The notes beneath the pieces are model-generated. The model worked only from the letters and a program-made list of their open reading frames with translations. It ran no database searches and was not told the origin of the DNA. A stretch of DNA of 64,000 nt, from the NCBI GenBank assembly GCA_016839705.1, contig JAEOTR010000046.1, forward strand, positions 32,001 through 96,000, read 5' to 3'. Below, one piece after another: positions 58,767-64,000 of this stretch. The number at the start of each line of letters is the position of its first letter. The stretch's first letter is position 1. The translations under genes were made by a program, and so were the position numbers. This stretch comes from Promethearchaeota archaeon. Its GTDB lineage: Archaea; Asgardarchaeota; Lokiarchaeia; Sigyniarchaeales; SOKP01.

Positions 58767-60542
58767 TTGAAAACTATGTCTACTTCAACCCTCGACGAAT
58801 TTACTCAAGCAAAAAAATTAGTAAATGCAGGGAAAATGGAAGAAGCGCTTGAAATTATCAAAAAATTAGCATGGAGAGCGTGGGATCTTAACGCTCAAGG
58901 AGATGCTGATGAGGCATTAGAAATAGCATTGAACTCTAAAGAACTACTTTTAAAAATCGGTAGTCAAAAACATATAGCGAATAATTATCTTTTGATTGGC
59001 AATATCTACCGTGGAAAACTTAAAACAGAAGCTGCTATAAAATTTTGTAAGAAGAGTCTTGAAATTCATGAAAAATTGGGGAATCAAAGGCGTATAGCTT
59101 CAAGTCTCAGTTTGAGGGGAAATCTAAATTGGGACCAGGGGAATTATGAGCAAGCTATCAAAGATACAGAGCAAAGTCTATCCATTAAGGAAATATCTCC
59201 ACTTGTTAAATTGGAAATTTTAGGCGGTTTAGGGGGAGGTTATTTAGTATGGGGAGAACTAACTAAAGCCCTAAAATACTGCGAAAATGGAATCGAACTT
59301 GCTAAGCAGATTAATCTTATTTTTTTTTGTCCACATTTTTTTTACATAATGGGACTTATTTATTTCATGAAGGGAGATTACGAACATAGTGAAGTTTATT
59401 TAAACAAAAGTTTGATTCTTACCGATAAGCTTGAATTGAAAACCCTAAATGTAATAAAAGGATTAACACTTTTGGCATTAATCTGGCTACAACTTAGTAT
59501 AAATTTTGGGGATAAGGCAAAAGGTTATTTAAGTAATTTGAAAAATCTTGTTAATCAAAGCGAAACTATAGAATTATTATCCATTTTTTCTATAGCTAAA
59601 GGAATGATATTACAACAGAGCAGTAAATTACGAGATCGGGCCGAAGCTGAAAAATTATTTAAAGAAGTAGTAGATAGTGAAATTGTGGACACTCGATTTA
59701 GTATAGATTATATATATCCTTTTGCTTTATATTTTTTGTGTGACTTTCTTGTAGAAGAATTAGGCATGTCCAATGATGTAGGATTAATCGATGAAATTAA
59801 TACCTACATTTCGAAATTGGGTGATTTAGGAGAAAAATTTAACTCATACTTATATCGAACTGAGGCAAAAGTATTTGAAGCTAGACTGGCATTAATCCAG
59901 CTAAACCTCGATGAGGCAAGAATTACGTTAACCCAAGCTCAAAAGATGGCCGAGACGCACAATCTTCAATATTTTGCACAAATTATATCTAACAATCACG
60001 ATCGCTTACTCGAGCAGCAAGATTTCTTGGAGCAATTAAAAAAAAGGGATGCTCCAATCTCAGAAAGATTAATATTTGCCTCTTTTGATGGAGTTTTAGC
60101 GCGCTTGAAAGGAAAACAATCGACCGAGTCATCGGAATTCATTAATGAGACACCAGTATTACTCCTAATCATCACGAAAGGTGGTTCACTAATATTCTCA
60201 AAAGCTTATTCTGAAACCTTGACCGTCGAGAGTGACCTCATAAGTAGTTTCTTGTCTGCGTTCGAGTCGTTTGGGGATGAGCTTTTTTCTGAGCGGCTCG
60301 ATCGTATTAAATATGGTGAAAATACGATACTATTAAAGCCGTTAGAACACTTTTCCGTGTGTTACTTGTTCAAGGGTCAATCTTATCCAGCATTGCAGAA
60401 ATTAACGAGATTTACCGAAGCGATACAGGAAAATTCTGAAATTTGGCAAGCTTTAAACAAGTCAGTAAAAACAAGCGAGATGCTAGAACTTGATAACTCC
60501 CCTGCTCTTAAAACTGTGATTGAAGAGATTTTTATCAATTAA
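58767..60542 (+). CDS. TPR-repeat protein with C-terminal longin-like domain
   Basis: TPR-like helices (IGNIYR...A...C..SL..., GNLNWDQGNYEQA); C-terminal 'LLLIITKGGSLIFS...DLISSFLSAFESFGDELF'. Confidence 0.75.
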   Translation: MKTMSTSTLDEFTQAKKLVNAGKMEEALEIIKKLAWRAWDLNAQGDADEALEIALNSKELLLKIGSQKHIANNYLLIGNIYRGKLKTEAAIKFCKKSLEIHEKLGNQRRIASSLSLRGNLNWDQGNYEQAIKDTEQSLSIKEISPLVKLEILGGLGGGYLVWGELTKALKYCENGIELAKQINLIFFCPHFFYIMGLIYFMKGDYEHSEVYLNKSLILTDKLELKTLNVIKGLTLLALIWLQLSINFGDKAKGYLSNLKNLVNQSETIELLSIFSIAKGMILQQSSKLRDRAEAEKLFKEVVDSEIVDTRFSIDYIYPFALYFLCDFLVEELGMSNDVGLIDEINTYISKLGDLGEKFNSYLYRTEAKVFEARLALIQLNLDEARITLTQAQKMAETHNLQYFAQIISNNHDRLLEQQDFLEQLKKRDAPISERLIFASFDGVLARLKGKQSTESSEFINETPVLLLIITKGGSLIFSKAYSETLTVESDLISSFLSAFESFGDELFSERLDRIKYGENTILLKPLEHFSVCYLFKGQSYPALQKLTRFTEAIQENSEIWQALNKSVKTSEMLELDNSPALKTVIEEIFIN

Positions 60543-60904
60543 ATTAATTAAATCCTTTCTACTCTTAATGATTTCACAATTTTTAGACATATGTTTAAAT
60601 ATCAGTTAGGTGTATATTTAACTTGACACCTTGATAAGTTATTCATTTCCAGTATGACTATACTTTGGCCGGATTATGATTCAATAGCAATTGAATCAGA
60701 AGTTAACTATAAATTCATAATCTATGCATCGTATCGGCTTTATATCAGGTGTACTCAACCTTGAATAGAAATTAAACTCCGTTAAAAGTGTTTAATTTTA
60801 CGCTATTGCTCTCTTTTCATTAAATGTTTATTGATTCACTATATGCCTTCTGCTGCTTTATAATCCTGATATATTGCATCATAAGATTTGAATAACCAAT
60901 TATT

Positions 60905-61201
60905 TTGTCCCAACAAAAAAGTGAATTGATTATAAAATACAAAAAAGAGGTAAAGGTTATGTTAGAATTTAAGGATACCTTGAGGGAAGGAGGAATTAAG
61001 GAGGTTAAAATATTAATAGTTGAAATAAGAAAATCCCGCAAGCTTATTCATAGTATTTCTAAGAAAAACCAAAGATTGCGAAAAATAATCGTGATGGGGT
61101 TATTTAATCCTGAATTCATTAAGCATTTACAAGAAATCTTAAGAACAAAAAGGTTCAGAAGTGCATTGTATAATATTTGTTTTCAATTTGGATTAGGATA
61201 A
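60905..61201 (+). CDS. Possible small basic hypothetical protein
   Basis: ORF only, K-rich, no recognised motif. Confidence 0.25.
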   Translation: MSQQKSELIIKYKKEVKVMLEFKDTLREGGIKEVKILIVEIRKSRKLIHSISKKNQRLRKIIVMGLFNPEFIKHLQEILRTKRFRSALYNICFQFGLG

Positions 61202-61272
61202 ATAAAAAACCCACAAATGAGTTGAAAAAAATGAATATAACGAGAAAATTTAAATGGTATAGATTTACTGTC

Positions 61273-62211
61273 ATGAAAAGAATCGAGTTTTTAGAAGGTG
61301 AGGAATTAATCAGTGAATTAAAGGATACTATAGAAGATATCCGGAATAAAAAATTAGATAAATGGGGATTATTTCAACAGCTGACACAAAGTTTAGAACA
61401 TCTGATAGCCGAAACGAAGTCTGGGCCAAAACAGAAAAGTAGGCAATATGATGCTTTTTATATTCCTCGCTCTGGTGATGGTCGGGTTGCCCTTTTTGGG
61501 CTCTCAAATGTTGGAAAAAGCACATTAATGAACGCGATTACAAATACAGATGTAAAAACAAGTCATTTCCTTCACACTACAAAAACGGCCCTAGCAGGTA
61601 CATGTGAGATCCATAATTTAAAGATCCAAATTATTGATGTACCGGGATTTTTAGATTTCAAAGAGGATTGGGCAATTAGCAAACAGATAGTAAGAGTTGC
61701 TCGAACATGCGACGCTATACTTTTAGTAATTGATTTATCTATGGAAATAAATCGCCAATATAACTTTCTTATAGAACAACTCGATAATGCAAATCTCCTA
61801 AAAGTTGAAGAATTAATGTACAAATATGGTATTATAGCTACGAAAGGTGATCTTCCTGGTTCAGAGGAAAATTTCAATATATTAAAATCAAAAACATCTT
61901 GGCCTATTCACCCTACTTCAATTAAAAACAGAGAATCACTTGAGAAACTCAAGGAATATCTTTTCACGGTTTTAGAACTGATGAGAATTTATACAAAACC
62001 CCCAAGATGTGATGTGGATTTCACAGAGCCTTTTATTTGCCCCATAGAGACAACAGTAGGTGAGATTGCTGATAAAATTCATAAGGATTTCATTAAATTT
62101 TTCCGTTATGCAAGAGTATGGGGCTCATCTGTTGAATTTCCCGGTCAACATGTCGGATTTGATCATAAGCTAAGGGATACTGATGTTGTGGAAATTATAA
62201 TAAAAAGGTGA
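61273..62211 (+). CDS. OBG/DRG-family GTPase with C-terminal TGS domain
   Basis: GLSNVGKSTL, HTT, IQIIDVPG, TKGD, TGS 'IHKDF..FRYARVWG...VG.DH.L.D.DVVEI'; start uncertain (61177-61273). Confidence 0.88.
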   Translation: MKRIEFLEGEELISELKDTIEDIRNKKLDKWGLFQQLTQSLEHLIAETKSGPKQKSRQYDAFYIPRSGDGRVALFGLSNVGKSTLMNAITNTDVKTSHFLHTTKTALAGTCEIHNLKIQIIDVPGFLDFKEDWAISKQIVRVARTCDAILLVIDLSMEINRQYNFLIEQLDNANLLKVEELMYKYGIIATKGDLPGSEENFNILKSKTSWPIHPTSIKNRESLEKLKEYLFTVLELMRIYTKPPRCDVDFTEPFICPIETTVGEIADKIHKDFIKFFRYARVWGSSVEFPGQHVGFDHKLRDTDVVEIIIKR

Positions 62212-62248
62212 TCATCAGAAATAAGAAAAAAAAATTTAGGTGAAATAA

Positions 62249-62440
62249 ATGGATATAAAAAGAGCCAAAGAATTAATAAAGGAATTAAGCAATTTGGTAG
62301 ACCAAATTGAAGAGGAAGAGATAAGTGTGATGAATAAAATGACTGAAGGCCATCAGGTTGAAATAAAAACTAAGACCATGGCAATTCTAAATGAATTAGA
62401 TATAAGACCCTTAGAAATTGGACTACGAGATGAATTTTAA
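62249..62440 (+). CDS. Small helical hypothetical protein
   Basis: 63-aa ORF preceded by GGTGA (SD-like), amphipathic composition. Confidence 0.5.
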   Translation: MDIKRAKELIKELSNLVDQIEEEEISVMNKMTEGHQVEIKTKTMAILNELDIRPLEIGLRDEF

Positions 62441-62550
62441 ACAAGAGAAATCAGGATAAAAGATTGAAATCTAATTATTATTGATATTTTTTTTTTTGAC
62501 TTTACTATTTCTTATTTAAAGAAATAATTCATTCTAAACCCCTTAATGTT

Positions 62551-62784
62551 TTTGCTGCTGGATCATGTCGTCACGTATTTTGTAGTTTAGAAAAAGATTG
62601 TCTTGCAATGGAAAGTCAAAGGTGCCGATTTTCATTAAGAGCGAGACCTTCAATTGAAGCAGTCGGAATAGATGTGTATAGAATGGTTGCTCAAGTAGGT
62701 TGGGAGATTTATCCTATGGCAACCAACATGAAGGCTTCAGAAGTACCTAAAGGTACGCTTGTGGGATTAGTAATCGTGTATTAA
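62551..62784 (+). pseudogene. 5'-truncated remnant of a DUF2284-family metal-binding protein
   Basis: Manual translation FAAGSCRHVFC...C...CRFSLRARPSIEAVGIDVY...GLVIVY*; in-frame TGA at 62497 and no start codon before the conserved part. Confidence 0.75.
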
Positions 62785-64000
62785 ACTTCAAATTCAGATA
62801 GAATTTTATTTTTCTTTTTTATATCATATGATTCGGCCATATGAGGAAGTAAAAGGTATACTGCTGCTAAATAGAGGGGGATTAGTGATAATTCGACAAA
62901 GATCGATATTATGAAAGGGAATTTGGGACTAATTAAATCCCACACTATTCCTCCTAAAATTGGACCTATTACGCTTCCTAAAAACGCAAAAAAATCACCT
63001 ACTCCGAAGATTTTCCCTCTATGCTCAGTAGAAATTCTGCTCATTAAGTTAGCGAATATTAATCCTGCAGACATTCCAATTGCTAAATCAAATAGGAGAA
63101 AAGTCGAGAAAAGCCATATGTTAGCCGAATTTATTAAAAAAAATGTCATTAACGCTCCTAGTGAACTAGTTATTGTTATGCCTAATAAAGGAGGAAGTTT
63201 ATCCACAATAGCACCTAATTTTGGAGCTAAAAGAGTCGCCAATAGTCCTGCTGGTAGGTATGCCCAAAGCACTAAGTTGATATTACTTTCAATATTTTCT
63301 ATGATATAGATATTTAAGAAAGGTCGTGCTATTGATCCATTAATACTTCCCATAAAGAGAATGGATACAAGAAAAAACGCACCAATAATCATAGATTTAG
63401 AAGTAAAAAATTTAGTATCCGTTTGATGATTTTTTGAAGTATCACTTGGGGATGAAGAGAATTGAACGGTCTCATCTACTTTACGATAAAACAAAATACC
63501 TGCAAATAGGTTTGAAATCCCATATATTGGAATGGCGCTATATATTATAACCGGATTATTTGTATAGGCACTCGCTATCATAATAAGAGTAAAACCAAAT
63601 ACTGCTCCAATCATTTGACCTATTGCATTTATAGAATCTCTTTTTCCATAGGCCTGAGATCTATTATCTTTATTTGACTTTTCGGCTACCAAAATGTTAA
63701 AAGGTATCCAAAATACTCCTGCCATGAAGCCCAAGGTCCCGTGGCCTATACCTAAGAGAAGTATCTGATTAGAAATAAAAGCAGCATAAATAATGAAATA
63801 AGCAATTGCTCTTCCAAAAGATCCAATTAAAACGAGTGATGTTCTTGATTTAATGCGATCAACTATAAAACCTATGATAAAACCACTAGTCATGCGACCT
63901 ATAACATTAGTCACTACTACTAAGCTTATTTGAAAAGCAGTAGCACCCATATTCGATCTAGCTATAATAGGAAGCCAAAAACCAAGAAAAAAAAATCCGA
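62781..64000 (-). CDS. MFS transporter (5' end outside the window)
   Basis: Multiple TM helices, motif A-like GFIVDRIKSR and GAIVDKL, 'GSVIGPILGG'; frame open to the window end. Confidence 0.88.
   Translation of the reverse strand, partial: GFFFLGFWLPIIARSNMGATAFQISLVVVTNVIGRMTSGFIIGFIVDRIKSRTSLVLIGSFGRAIAYFIIYAAFISNQILLLGIGHGTLGFMAGVFWIPFNILVAEKSNKDNRSQAYGKRDSINAIGQMIGAVFGFTLIMIASAYTNNPVIIYSAIPIYGISNLFAGILFYRKVDETVQFSSSPSDTSKNHQTDTKFFTSKSMIIGAFFLVSILFMGSINGSIARPFLNIYIIENIESNINLVLWAYLPAGLLATLLAPKLGAIVDKLPPLLGITITSSLGALMTFFLINSANIWLFSTFLLFDLAIGMSAGLIFANLMSRISTEHRGKIFGVGDFFAFLGSVIGPILGGIVWDLISPKFPFIISIFVELSLIPLYLAAVYLLLPHMAESYDIKKKNKILSEFEV

Noticed and set aside
996-63309. Numerous short antisense or overlapping ORFs in the track (e.g. 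1210-1479, 17590-18087, 42676-43089, 51721-52287, 54843-55325, 62911-63309)
   Set aside because: They are shadows of well-supported genes on the other strand or frame and have no motifs
1-64000. tRNA/rRNA genes
   Set aside because: No GC-rich segment with a cloverleaf or rRNA signature was seen; a tRNAscan-SE/Infernal run would be needed to exclude them formally

Overview
AT-rich archaeal chromosomal segment, most likely from an Asgard archaeon of the Lokiarchaeia. The assignment rests on archaeal EF-1beta, TyrRS, Sm, RIO2 and Lrp genes together with eukaryotic-signature proteins (Rab-like GTPase, roadblock-GTPase fusion, TPR-longin protein, gelsolin-like domain) and an IPGY-type C-terminal sorting signal. 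Contents, left to right: esterase; Clp1/Nol9-type RNA kinase; a circularly permuted ATP-grasp ligase with tubulin-tyrosine-ligase-like motifs, paired with an M14 carboxypeptidase; an orphan adenine methyltransferase; PPP phosphatase, Sm, methyltransferase and RIO2; a membrane-anchored gelsolin-like protein; a porGDAB operon split by two multi-PAS histidine kinases; mutS and mutL; EF-1beta and a Zn-ribbon gene missed by the ORF track; tyrS, followed by a ~6.7 kb block (giant adhesin-like receptor plus roadblock-GTPase) bounded by a duplicated tyrS 5' end; iorAB; an orphan ABC substrate-binding protein; a Rab-like GTPase; Lrp and PhoU regulators; a 12.7 kb hdrCB-frhB-hdrA-mvhD-hdrA-flxDCBA electron-bifurcation cluster; a TPR-longin protein; a DRG-like GTPase; a DUF2284 gene remnant; and an MFS transporter cut by the window edge. 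No rRNA, tRNA, CRISPR array or transposase was recognised. The best candidate for an undescribed system is the TTL-like ligase / M14 peptidase 'writer-eraser' pair at 2367-4985. All calls come from motifs read by eye; no database search was run.
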